A stretch of 64,000 bases of DNA from Eledone cirrhosa (Eukaryota), in assembly GCA_964016885.1 (NCBI GenBank), contig OZ024745.1, positions 110,546,001 to 110,610,000 of the forward strand. The letters are read 5' to 3'. The notes under the pieces are model-generated. The model was not told where the DNA came from. It ran no database searches and was given only the letters and a program-made list of their open reading frames with translations. A program made the translations under genes and the position numbers. Below, piece by piece: positions 25,200 to 37,787 of the stretch. Every line of letters starts with the position of its first letter. Position 1 is the first letter of the stretch.

Positions 25200-25870
25200 A
25201 TATAATATATATATGTCATAGATTGAGTTAAAAACTCAAAATAGTCTTTTTCAATTAAATAGCTCAAAGAAGGGAATCTTTCCGAGCCGTGTAATATAAT
25301 TGGATATATGAGAGGGATGAACACAGATATAACTATACATGTGTTCCAATTGCAAATGACCAAGTTAGTTAGGTTGAAAAATACTAATTTAAAACAATAT
25401 GGTTTGCCTGACTCGATTTAACATAATAAATCAATAAAAATAACAAACCTATATTGGGCAAATAGGCTATGATACCCAGACAGACATGAATCTGTTTCGC
25501 AAGAATTAAGTGAAAGCTAGAATTCCTGTGCTCTTCTGCGGGTATCCAGGAAAATTCGTACCTTTCACTTCAAAGGATCTAAGAAGACTGAACGATGCGC
25601 GGGTATAAACGCACATGTTACAGCGCCTAACACGTCCCATACTCATGCCGCTAAAAATAGCAGCTGGGTAATGTTACTCAACACAGTTGCTTGCTACCAA
25701 AGGTTTCAAAGCTTGCCCTGTATAGGACATAAAAGTTATATTTTCCTCGGTAAACATTAATAATATTTCAACTCTAGATAACATAAACCACTCTTTTTCC
25801 TTTATCTAGTCTACAGAAAACATTGACTTATTCCTACTTATTATATATACAGTATCTATATATATATATA

Positions 25871-26063
25871 TAATTGTTTCTACTTTTGGCACAAAGCCAG
25901 CAATTATCCCAGTGCATTACTGGTACTTTATTTTATCAACCCCATAAGGATGAAAAGTAAAGTTAGCCTTGGTGGGATTTGAACTCAGAGCGAAAAGGGC
26001 CGTGGCTCTATGCTGCAAAGCATGGTGTCCGACTCTCTACTGATACTGGCAATCCACTGCCCT
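25871..26063 (-). mobile_element. SINE family B (short variant) in a (TA)n tract
   Basis: Reverse complement of 4399-4590. Confidence 0.9.
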
Positions 26064-26879
26064 TATTATATATATATATATATATATATATAATAAGTAG
26101 GAATAAGGTCTCAGAGTATCATCATTAAGTTTATTCAGCTATAAATATATATATTTCTATACTTTTCATTTATATATATACATACACATACATATATATA
26201 TGCATACACACACACTCGCATAACTTTTGACTCACTATTATGAACTGTGACCAGATATCTGTTCTCATCTTCCACACTGGATTCTCTCCCTTGTCTGCAG
26301 CTAGCGCCACTTGGACTTGTTACACAATTCACACAGTGTCCTCTGCAAGGCCTACTAGGGGATATTTTTCACACTCTCTTTTAACAGCCACCCTTCTATG
26401 TACACACATCTTCTCTCTGTCTGCTCCTACATGGTTCTTTATTCTTCCAGATGTCTGTGTCTTCAAAATCTAATGGCTGGCTATTTCGTCTTGTCATCAC
26501 ATCCCTTTTGTTCCAACCTGTCCGTGATTTTATCTCAGGTGTTAATTTTCTATTTCTATTCATCAAAACTTATTTGTCTATCTGTTTTTGTGTTGTCTGC
26601 CATTTGATCCTGTTTATCTGTCGCCTCATGTTATGCTTATTCCAAACTATGTCAATTCTGTTTTGACAGTAGTGTCAGGGTTGGACTCTGAGTTTGGATT
26701 TCCTGATGTTTTCTACAGAAACCCATTATTTCAGAGGTGTCAGCCAATAATCAGAAATCTTTGTTGTCTTTTGTGTGATTGTTGTAGTTTGCTTGTCCAG
26801 TTCCCTAGCTGTGTGTATGTGTTTTGCCCCATTTTCATTATATTTCATTTATCACATATACCAACACCACACACTCGCT

Positions 26880-26923
<44 letters not shown>

Positions 26924-27237
26924 TATATATATATATGAATGAAAAGGCACAGATAATTGAGAGAAAAATCAAGTATAAGAGAAATCAAATGTAGTATGGA
27001 AGGGAGAAAATTGCATTGGTACAGTCACGTAATACACATGAATGATGATCGTTGGATGAAGAAATGTCAGAATTTAAGTCGCAGAAGAGGAAAAACCAAG
27101 AAAGATCTGATCTCAGACAACAGAATCTCAGAAAAGGAAATGACAAAGAGAAGAAATAAGTGAAGAGAACTATCTAAATCATACATTCATGGAAAAGACA
27201 TGCAAAAACAATGATGAAGATTATATATAACACATAC

Positions 27238-27277
<40 letters not shown>

Positions 27278-27281
<4 letters not shown>

Positions 27282-27574
27282 ATATACACGAACGGCAAAG
27301 CATAAACAAATTGAGAGATAGACTGAGCATAAGAGGAATCAAATGCTGTGTGCAGGAGAGGTGGTTGCGTTGGTATGGACATGTGATACGTATGAAGGAT
27401 GACAGCTGCATAAAAAGGTGCAGAGCACTAGAAGTTGATGGAAACCGCGGAGTGGGGAGACCCAAGAAGACCTGGGATGAGGTGATAAAAGCCGACCTTA
27501 CCCAATTACACCTCTCAAAGGCGATGACACACGACCGTGACCTCTGGTGTCACACAGTAATACAGAAGACCTGA
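27278..27574 (+). mobile_element. young RTE 3' ORF fragment
   Basis: Near-identical to ~37168-37455; starts in (TA)n; a more diverged RTE fragment lies just upstream at ~26940-27220. Confidence 0.95.
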
Positions 27575-27584
27575 CGATTTTTTC

Positions 27585-27730
27585 TTTTATTTCTCATTAT
27601 ATCTTCTGATGAAGGATCAGTATCCAAAACATTAAGACTCTTTTCCTACTACATCAAGCATTAAACTAATATATATCTTAATTGTACTCTATTTGCTTTG
27701 TTGTTCTCCATTTACGTTTCACACACACAC
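27585..27730 (+). mobile_element. Penelope-like terminal repeat with decayed hammerhead (27602-27637)
   Basis: TCTT-CTGATGA-A-GGAT-CAGT-ATCC-AAAA-CATT-AAGA; homologous to 17269-17410; ends in (CA)n. Confidence 0.65.
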
Positions 27731-28089
27731 ATATATAATCATTAGCAACATCATTTTATGTTCATTTTTTATGCTGGCATATGTTGGATGGGTTGGCATG
27801 GTTTATAGCTAGATGGATCCATGTACTACATTTTGTTTATATATTCCATCTTTGGCACAGTTTCTTCAACCAAATGTAATTCCTAAAAACCACTATATAG
27901 AGTGTACTAGGTGTATTTTATACAGAAGCAACAACACATGCCAACATCCCTTCATTTAAAAGGTGAGACTATGGTCTAAAAATGCTGATGATGGATTTGA
28001 GAGCTTTATTGTTTGTTCTAAACAATCTCAAAAGAACTCACATAAAAATATAAGGCATGGTGATAAAGGCATGGTGATAAAGATTAAAC

Positions 28090-28280
28090 TAGAACCCAGT
28101 ACACACTGTGAATGTAGTTGGTGTTAGGAAGAGCATCCAGCCATAGAAACCAAACCAGAAACATTTTTTGTATGGGCAAGACACAGTCATCTGATTTTAC
28201 TTGTCTCACAATGAGACAACTCCTCTAACCTATGCTAGCATGGAAAAATGGAGATTAAATGGTAATGATGATGATGATGA
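28090..28280 (+). mobile_element. RTE/SINE 3' UTR fragment with (GAT)n tail followed by (TA)n
   Basis: gttggtgttaggaagagcatccagcc...aacctatgctagcatggaaaaatgg...gatgatgatga. Confidence 0.8.
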
Positions 28281-30249
28281 TATATATATATATACATAGA
28301 ATTTACATATCTATATATGAAGCCTAGACTAGAAAGCGAGTTTATGGGAAGATGTATAGCTTGTATCGTCTTCATGTAATCAGAAATATCAGTAAGTGAA
28401 GCAATACCAACTGAGGATGAAATCCATGTTGTAGATTCAGTTCTATGAGAATTTGCTGCTTCACACATCTACCAAGCAATGCAATATATTTAATGAAAAT
28501 AAATTATGAAATTCTTATAATGATGCCTGGAATTTGCTCGTCCTTAGTTTAAATAAATGGCTCATATGCTACTAAATTCATTAATATTAAAAAAGTAAAA
28601 TTTCTTTCAAGCATGTCTTACAAGCAGCCTAATAGCTTGTTCACCAGTAACACGTTTTGGGGGCCCATTAGCAATCAAATGCCTAGTTATATGATATCTG
28701 TGTTAGATAATATATAGTGTGGAATGTTTGTAAAATGTAATTGAGGTAAGTAGAATTATTTTAAAAAATGATGTAAGTAGAAAAATCTACATAAAAATTA
28801 AATAAGTGGCCCAGTGGGAATATAATGCAAATCTAAAAAATAGCCTAAAGACTATGGTGAAAATAAAGAAAACTCAGTTTCTGTAGTTATGTGATGCATA
28901 CTGATGATGTGATTGGACAAAGAGGGCCATCTAGAGAAGAGTTCAACAATCTTAATGCAGTGTGCCAAATGTGAATTAGTTCATCTTAGCATGTAAAAAT
29001 GTAGAAACCTGTAAAAGACTTAAATAAAAATCCTCTATTTCCATTTAATAAAACTTTGTTATTTGGAAACTAAAACAAAACAGGTGTAGTAATATTTATT
29101 ATGTCTGGGAAACTTTTATCAAAATATGTTATATAATATAACTGATTCAGATGTTATGTGGATGGTGGTAGTATTACAAATTTGTACATTTCATTAAAAA
29201 ATAATATTAGAAAAATATCTCTGAGTTAATTTATATTGTACAAGAAAAATATTCCTAATTTCACGGACCACTTGAATTTGTATTTGTCTACCTCATTTGT
29301 TTAGCATCATGAAATTTTCTCATAACATGTAGGCATAGTATAATAATTTTGAAATATAACAATTCAGAATAATCTAGAAGAGTGGCAATTTTTAGGGACA
29401 CACAAAAAACAATTTAATGTAGAATAGATTCATGGTTCCCTAGATGGTAATAGAGTAAATGAGTGGCTACTGATTCCTTTATAGACACCAATCATCATCA
29501 TCCTACTTTTACATCCACTTTCCATGTCAGCATGGGTTGGACAGGAATTTATGGTACGAGTCATTTCTTCTTCAGAGTTATAGCTACTCATGGATAAGTC
29601 AGAGGACTGCATTTCATTCATACATTCCATTGGTTTCTACAGCTGGATGTCCTTCCTAACACAAACCACTTTACAGAGTGTATTGGGTGCATTTTTGTGC
29701 TGTAACAACACTAAAAAGGTTGTCAAATCCTCGATAACACTAAAGAGTCATCCCTACACTATGTTGTTTTATGATTCCAAGAGAACAGAGGAAGAATGAA
29801 AAGAAAAGTAATATATACATTGTATAATATACCTTGTCATCCACTTTTACCAGGTATTCTAGGTAATCTTTTTAAGTGAAAATTTCTCAGAGTTGATATT
29901 TTTGTATTGCCCCTTTTTCTGTCAGTCTCCAGAGAGAATGAGAACGAAGAGCATAGTTTGTTTTCTTTTATCAGTCCCTTAGGAGATTGATAAAATAACT
30001 TATCATTCCCTGTCATTGCTCTCACCTTTGTGCAAATGCGACTATCCATATTACACATACACATATGTATGTGTATAGGTGTATAGCTGTTCCAAGATAT
30101 AAATATGTATAATCTCAAGGTGGAAAGAATTAGGTCAGATCTAGGAACATTGGGCCCCCATATGAGATGACAAATGGAGAAATGCCAGCCATGGAAAAGC
30201 AGCATTATCCCAATCTCAAGGAGAAAAGGGTTATGTTAGATTAGGTCTC

Positions 30250-30590
30250 ACATCATTATCATCATCAACATTATCACCATCCTCATCTTAATTATCATCT
30301 CTGTCATCACACTATTATCATCACCACTACCAACACATCACCACTATCATCATTATCACTATCACAACCCCATAAACATGAGAGCTACCAACATACCACC
30401 ACTATCACCATCATCATAAACACCATTATCATCACTATCATCACCATCCACATAACCATCAGTCATTATCATTACCATGGCCTACCCCATTACCCCCGCA
30501 CCCTCATCCTGATCATTCTCATCAACCCCATTTTCATCACTATCACCATCGTTACCTCCTTTACCCCCATTACTGCCATCATCATTATAA
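30250..30590. repeat. degenerate (CAT/CAC)n low-complexity tract
   Basis: Read directly. Confidence 0.85.
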
Positions 30591-30599
30591 CCTAGATTG

Positions 30600-30802
30600 G
30601 GGCAGTAGATTAGCAGTCATTAGAGTATCGGACAAATGCTTAGCAGTATTTATTCAGGCTCTTTATGTACTGAGTTCAAATCCACCCCAGCTCAACTTTG
30701 CAGGGTAAATAAAATAAATTGCCAGTAAAGAACTGGGAATGATATAATCACATTTTCTGACCCCCTCAAAATTGCTGGCCTTGTGTCTAAATTAGAAATC
30801 AT
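30600..30802 (+). mobile_element. SINE family B, diverged
   Basis: ggcagtagattagcag...gagttcaaatc...aaattgctggccttgtgtctaaattagaaatc. Confidence 0.75.
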
Positions 30803-31703
30803 TACCTACATTGCTACCACCATCATTATCATAACCTCCTCCATCATCATCATCATCATCATTAGTGATGACAATAGCCATGATGTTGAAGAGAAGAAGA
30901 ATTACATTGAAAACCAAGGTAGAAGTTAGAAAGGTGATGCAATGGCCCAGTTACATAGGTCATGTACAGTCTGTAAATTCAATGAAAATATTTTTTAAAT
31001 TAAGGATATAACTTTTTTATATTCTTTTCCTCTTTTTTTTTTTATAAAACTTTCCATAATTTCCATGGTGAGCTTAACTATACTATATGATCTTAAATAC
31101 AGATTTATAGAACTTGTGTTAAGGCTATGTTCTCTTTTTAAACAAATACCTATTTTATATAATAATTAGTATTCACATGTTCTATGGCTATTGATTCTCA
31201 GTAAAATTGCTTTGCTTAAAAAAATGAAGATGAAACAAAAAAGTAGAAAAAATTTTTTTTTTTAAATGTAAGCTTTCAATATATAATATTCTAGAAGTCT
31301 TTCAATGAAATGGAGAAAAAAAAAGTGAATGAAAATGTCTTACATTATAAGTGTACATACACACATACACTCACACAAACATGCAGATATTCCAACATAC
31401 ACACAGCACATTTATATTTACACATACAAGATACATAAACATGCATGTAGTCATATATACATATGAATTCTGATCCACACCACCACCCCATTCTCTCTCT
31501 CTCTCTCTCTTCACAAGCGCGCACACACACACACACGTATGTGTATCCAAACACACAAATAATTCCATACAAACAACACAGGCCGTCTACTTACAGACAC
31601 AAACATGCTAATATATATATATATGCACATATACACACACACATATATATAAATGTATAAGTATACATATACCTATTGGTGTGTTTCAATTAATCAATAT
31701 GAA

Positions 31704-31735
<32 letters not shown>

Positions 31736-31863
31736 TGTGTATCTATATACATGTAATTATTTATACATATCTATATACTTTTACAAATGTAGGCCTCAGC
31801 CGGATGGCTGGAACAGGTAAAAGAGTATATGTGAATGGCATACTAAAAATAGTAGATGCAAAA

Positions 31864-31966
<103 letters not shown>

Positions 31967-32689
31967 TTGAAAAATACTAAGAATTTTTCAAAAGTTATTT
32001 TTTCTCGAAGAAAGCTATTTAGTTTTGTTTTTTTTATATTAAAATCTGAATATGATTTTTTAACTAAATATCAAACATTAATGAAAAAATATATAAAAGA
32101 GGGTATCATTTCTTGTCACTCTAATTTTTTTAAATAGTAATATTTAGTTGTTTTATTTTGTGTCATATTTTTTAATTCAAAATGTACATCAGAAGCAAAT
32201 ATTCTACATTACTATGTTTGGTTACCCAATCATTTAAAATACTGCATGAACATAGACTTTCATAGGAAAGGTTTCTTCAATTCACAATACACAAAATATT
32301 TATCTACTGCTTCCCCTCCTTAACAAAATACACAATTTTCTCATGAAATAAGATGCTAAATATATTTAATTATGATATATTAAATGCTATGAAAATATTT
32401 TATATATCCCAAACTCAATAAAATGTTTACTTTTATCATATACATAAGATGTTCTTTTTAATTTTAATTCTGGAAATATTAAAATGTGTATACATATATG
32501 TGTATACATATATGTATACATAGATGCATGTGTCTGTGTGTATATCTATATAGATAGATAGATAGAGGTAAATATTGTAACAAATTCTCTTTAACAATCA
32601 ATATTTTTATCCAATAAAGGTTTCTGGTAACAAACAACAGAGTGTAATATTGATAATGGTTTTAGAATGTTAATATTTTTCCTACACAC

Positions 32690-34318
32690 ACATGTATGTA
32701 TGCATATAAATATATCTATTATACATATATATATACAATATATATATTATATGTATATATACATACATATATACATATATATATTATATACATACATATA
32801 TACATATATATATTATATACATACATATATACATACATATATACATATATTATATACATACATATATACTATATACATACATATATATATTATATACATA
32901 CATATATATATTATATACATACATATATACATATATATATACATATATTATATACATACATATATATATATTATACATACATATATATATTATATACATA
33001 CATATATATATATATATTATATACATACATATATATATATATATTATATACATACATATATATATATATTATATACATACATATATATATATAATATACA
33101 TACATATATATATATTATATACATACATATATATATATTATATACATACATATATATATATTATATACATACATATATACATATATATTATATACATACA
33201 TATATACATACATATATTAATATATATTACATACATATATATATTATATACATACATACATATATATATTATATACATACATACATATATATATACATAC
33301 ATATATATATTATATACATATATATATTATAGATATATATATTTTATACATATATGTATTATATACATATATATTATATACATATATATTATATACATAT
33401 ATATTATATACATATATATTATATACATATATATTATATACATATATATACATATATATACATATGTACATATATATACATATATATACATATATACATA
33501 TATATACATATATACATATATATTATATGCATATATATACATACATACACACATATATATTATATGCATATATGTACATACATACACACATATATATTAT
33601 ATACATATATATATATTATATACATATATACATATATATTATATACATACATACACACATATATTATATACATATATATATTATATACATATATACATAT
33701 ATATTATATACATACATACATACACACATATATTATATACATATATTATATACATATATACATATATATTATATACATATATATACATACATACATATAT
33801 TATATACATACATACATATATACATATATATTATATACATATATATATATTATATACATATATACATATATATTATATACATATATATATATTATATACA
33901 TACATATATACATATATATTATATACATACATACATATATACATATATATTATATACATATATATATATTATATACATATATATATATTATATACATATA
34001 CATATATTATATATATATATATTATATACATATATATTATATACATATTATATACATATATATTATATACATATATATTATATATATATATATATTATAT
34101 ACATATACATATATTATATACATATATTATATACATATATATATATTATATACATATATTATATACATATATATATATTATATACATATATTATATACAT
34201 ATATATATATTATAAACATATTATATACATATATATATATTATAAACATATATTATATACATACATATATACATATATATATTATATACATATATACATA
34301 TATATACATACATATATA

Positions 34319-34359
<41 letters not shown>

Positions 34360-34463
34360 ATATACATACATATATATACATATATACATATATATACATA
34401 CATATATATACATATATACATATATATACATACATATATACATATATATACATACATATATAC

Positions 34464-34502
<39 letters not shown>

Positions 34503-34755
34503 CATATATACATACATACATACATATATATATACATACATATATACATACATATATACATACATATATACATACATATATATATATATATACATACATA
34601 TATACATACATATATATATATACATATACATATATATACATACATATATACATACACATATATATATACATACATATATACATACATATATACATACACA
34701 TATATATATACATACATATATACATACATATATACATACATATATATACATATAT
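32690..34755. repeat. ~2 kb complex (TA/TACA/TATT) satellite-like tract
   Basis: Almost G-free on the + strand; it explains the Y/I/H/T-rich pseudo-ORFs. Confidence 0.95.
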
Positions 34756-35168
34756 GGTGGCTGCCAACTCGTTTTCGAGTACGGCCACTACTTCATATCC
34801 ATGTAGGAGAACCCCTACCGATGCGCTGAACGAGTGTGACTTTTTAGTCCAGCCAGCGACTTGAAAACTCTGGTACCAACACTACACTTGTGACAATTAC
34901 TGACACATAGTGCTGGGCCCATGGTACCATGTGACGACAAGTGCAGAGAGATCTCCAGATATAAAGCAATGCCTGTGCCGTGAAGCTTTTATAGTGAGCA
35001 AAGGCACTGCACAAAGCCAGTCCCACTCTCTTAACCAAGATGATATTTACCAAAAAGAAGAACAAGCCAACATCATTGGATACCATCAGGGTTGCAGGTG
35101 TTATATCAGAGTTTTCCTTCTCCTAGAATTCTGCCTTGACAAAGGCTAAGGGGTCATCTCTCCCGGGG
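34756..35168 (-). mobile_element. probable RTE 5' UTR fragment, inverted relative to the adjacent RTE body
   Basis: GC-richer block bounded by TA tracts; minus strand contains aaggcagaattctaggagaaggaaaactctg, a motif I recall from RTE-clade 5' UTRs. Confidence 0.45.
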
Positions 35169-35202
35169 ATATATATATATATATATATATACATATATAC
35201 AT

Positions 35203-37785
35203 ACAGGCCAACCTGGAGAAGAAAGATCTGGAAGCTGAAAGTCCCCTCAACCAGTAACAGATTTAAAGATATTTTACTCAACGCCTACGACAGTAAAGAA
35301 GAACAGATAGAGACATTTAACGTAGAAGAGAACTGGGAGTTCCTAAAAAATAACTTACTAGAGGCGACGGATGAGGTTTGTGGCTGGAGTAAGACCTCAA
35401 GCAGGAGGAGAGTGACTTGGTGGTGGAACAATAAGGTAGATGAAGCAGTCAAGGCCAAGAGACAGGCATGGAAAGAATGGAAGAACGGGGGGAGCAGGGT
35501 ACATTACATAGAGACCAAGAGGGAAGCTAGGCGACAAGTATACTTAGCTAGGAGGGAAGCAGAGGATAGAAAATTCAAGCATGTTTTACAACGTGAGGAC
35601 CAGAAACAGGAGGTATTCAAGATTGCGAGGCAGTGTGTCAGAGATAGTTGTGATGTCATTGGAGAGAAGTGTATCCGGAATGATAAAGGTGAGCTTGCCC
35701 TCACAAGTGCTGAGAAGAAAGATGCATGGAAGAGTCATTATGATAGATTACTAAATGAGGAGAATGCATGGGAAGAAGAGACCCTACCCCACGTAGACCC
35801 TATAGAGGGACCAGCAGTACAAGTCAGCGGCAGCGTAGTAAGTAAGGCAATCAGAGATATGAAGATAGGGAAGGCAACCGGTCCATCGGGTATAGCTGCC
35901 GAGATGCTGAAGGCATCTGGGTCTGTAGGTCACACTATAACCACACGTATCGTTAACCAGGTAATACTAGAGGGGGCCATACCAAAAGATTGGTGCAGTA
36001 GCATCATTGTCAACTGCTACAAAGGTAAAGGCGATGCACTAGATAGAGGAAACTATAGAGGTATAAAGTTGATGGACCAGGTCATGAAAGTAACAGAAAG
36101 AGTTATAGCACAGCTGATTAGGGACCGGGTGAATATAGACGAGATGCAATTTGGGTTTGTTCCAGGGAAAGGCACCACTGATGCGCTCTTCCTTGTGAGG
36201 CAATTACAGGAAAAGTACCTAGCTAAAAGTAAGCCACTCTACTTGGCATTTGTCGACCTTGAGAAAGCCTTTGACAGAGTTCCACGTGCAGTAATCTGGT
36301 GGGCTCTTAGAAAACTAGGAGTAGATGAATGGCTTGTGAAAGCGGTACAAGCCATGTATAGGGGAGCAGTCAGCAAAGTTAGGATTGGCAATGAGTATAG
36401 CGAGGAATTTAGCGTACAGGTTGGGGTCCACCAGGGCTCTGTTCTTAGCCCTCTCCTGTTCATCATAGTCCTGCAGGCAATAACGGAGGAGTTTAAGACC
36501 GGATGCCCATGGGAACTCCTGTATGCTGATGACCTCGCACTCATAGCTGAATCTATGGTAGAACTAGAGAATAAATTCCAAACCTGGAAGCAGGGACTAG
36601 AGAGAAAGGGCCTCAAAGTCAACATGACAAAGACTAAGGTCCTTATAAGTAGACGAGAAAACAGAACCCAGATCCCCTCAGGGAAATGGCCTTGCTCAGT
36701 ATGTAGGAAAGGTGTAGGTAGGAACTCCATTCTCTGCCCCAAATGCAAACAATGGGTACACAAGAGATGTAGCGGGATCTCAGGAAGCTTAATTAAGAAT
36801 GTAGGATTCACATGCAGCAGCTGTGCTGAAACAGCAAGCAAACAGCCACAGGAAACAAGTACCACCAATCTCTGGGAGGGCCCTGTAGAAACAGTAGACA
36901 GCTTCTGCTACCTAGGTGACCGAATTAGCAACGGAGGTGGGTGCTCAGAAAGTACAATAACTAGGGTAAGAACGGGATGGAAGAAGTTTAGGGAACTACT
37001 ACCACTGCTAGCTGCAAAAGGCTTCTCCCTCAGAATGAAAGGCAGACTGTATGATGCGTGTATCCGAACAGCGATGTTGCATGGTAGTGAGACCTGGGCG
37101 CTGAAGGTGGAAGACTTACGTAGATTAGAGAGAAACGAAGCCTGCATGCTCCGATGGATGTGTAACAGTAATATACGTGAACGACAAAGCATAAATGAAT
37201 TGAGAGAGAGACTGAGCATAAGAGGAATCAAATGCTGCGTGCAGGAGAGGCGGTTACGCTGGTATGGACATGTGATGCGTATGAAGGATGACAGCTGCAT
37301 AAAAAGGTGCAGAGCACTAGAAGTTGATGGAAACCGCGGAGTGGGGAGACCCAAGATGACTTGGGATGAGGTGATAAAAGCCGACCTTACCCAACTACAC
37401 CTCTCAAAGTCAATGACACACGACCGTGACTTCTGGCGTCACGCAGTAATACAGGGTACCCGACCTCCCATGGGTACATGCTGAAGCATATAAACAATAT
37501 GCCCCCCCCCCCCCACCGCAAGGTGGTCGTGGAGGTGCCACGGCAAAAAAGCACCCAGCCCACACTGTAAAGTGGACGTGTAGGCGCCACGAAAAAGCAC
37601 CCAGCACTCACTGTAAATGAGGTTGGTGTTAGGAAGGGCATCCAGCTGTAGAAATCAAGCCAGATCAGTTCCTGTATGAGCAAGGCATGGTCAGCCGACC
37701 AGACACTGCCCACAACAGGACAACCCGTCTAACCCATGCTAGCGTGGAAGAACGGACGTAAAACGGTGATGATGATGATGATGAT
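35203..37785 (+). mobile_element. young 5'-truncated RTE-clade LINE, copy 1
   Basis: Open frame with RT, ~280-nt 3' UTR with tandem ~47-nt repeats, and (GAT)6 tail; the APE endonuclease is missing. Confidence 0.97.
35205..37484 (+). CDS. RTE ORF (linker, reverse transcriptase, PHD-like finger, C-terminal domain), uninterrupted but lacking its true start
   Basis: Motifs [56 protein letters not shown] (36522-36533), [14 protein letters not shown] and RGVGRPK. Confidence 0.9.
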   Translation, partial: RPTWRRKIWKLKVPSTSNRFKDILLNAYDSKEEQIETFNVEENWEFLKNNLLEATDEVCGWSKTSSRRRVTWWWNNKVDEAVKAKRQAWKEWKNGGSRVHYIETKREARRQVYLARREAEDRKFKHVLQREDQKQEVFKIARQCVRDSCDVIGEKCIRNDKGELALTSAEKKDAWKSHYDRLLNEENAWEEETLPHVDPIEGPAVQVSGSVVSKAIRDMKIGKATGPSGIAAEMLKASGSVGHTITTRIVNQVILEGAIPKDWCSSIIVNCYKGKGDALDRGNYRGIKLMDQVMKVTERVIAQLIRDRVNIDEMQFGFVPGKGTTDALFLVRQLQEKYLAKSKPLYLAFVDLEKAFDRVPRAVIWWALRKLGVDEWLVKAVQAMYRGAVSKVRIGNEYSEEFSVQVGVHQGSVLSPLLFIIVLQAITEEFKTGCPWELLYADDLALIAESMVELENKFQTWKQGLERKGLKVNMTKTKVLISRRENRTQIPSGKWPCSVCRKGVGRNSILCPKCKQWVHKRCSGISGSLIKNVGFTCSSCAETASKQPQETSTTNLWEGPVETVDSFCYLGDRISNGGGCSESTITRVRTGWKKFRELLPLLAAKGFSLRMKGRLYDACIRTAMLHGSETWALKVEDLRRLERNEACMLRWMCNSNIRERQSINELRERLSIRGIKCCVQERRLRWYGHVMRMKDDSCIKRCRALEVDGNRGVGRPKMTWDEVIKADLTQLHLSKSMTHDRDFWRHAVIQGTRPPMGTC

Positions 37786-37787
37786 AT

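Noticed and set aside
32667-34864. ORFs of up to 491 aa
   Set aside because: Microsatellite artefacts.
35136-35204. Apparent N-terminus of the 782-aa ORF
   Set aside because: Non-ATG start reading through (TA)n; the LINE is 5'-truncated and lacks APE, so it is not an autonomous element.
36239-37354. Antisense ORFs of 209 and 148 aa, mirrored at 38222-39337
   Set aside because: Shadow frames of the RTE ORF with no independent motifs; the duplication just reflects the palindrome.
37513-37625. ~47-nt direct repeats that might suggest a CRISPR-like array
   Set aside because: Tandem repeats with no unique spacers, in a LINE 3' UTR and a eukaryotic context.
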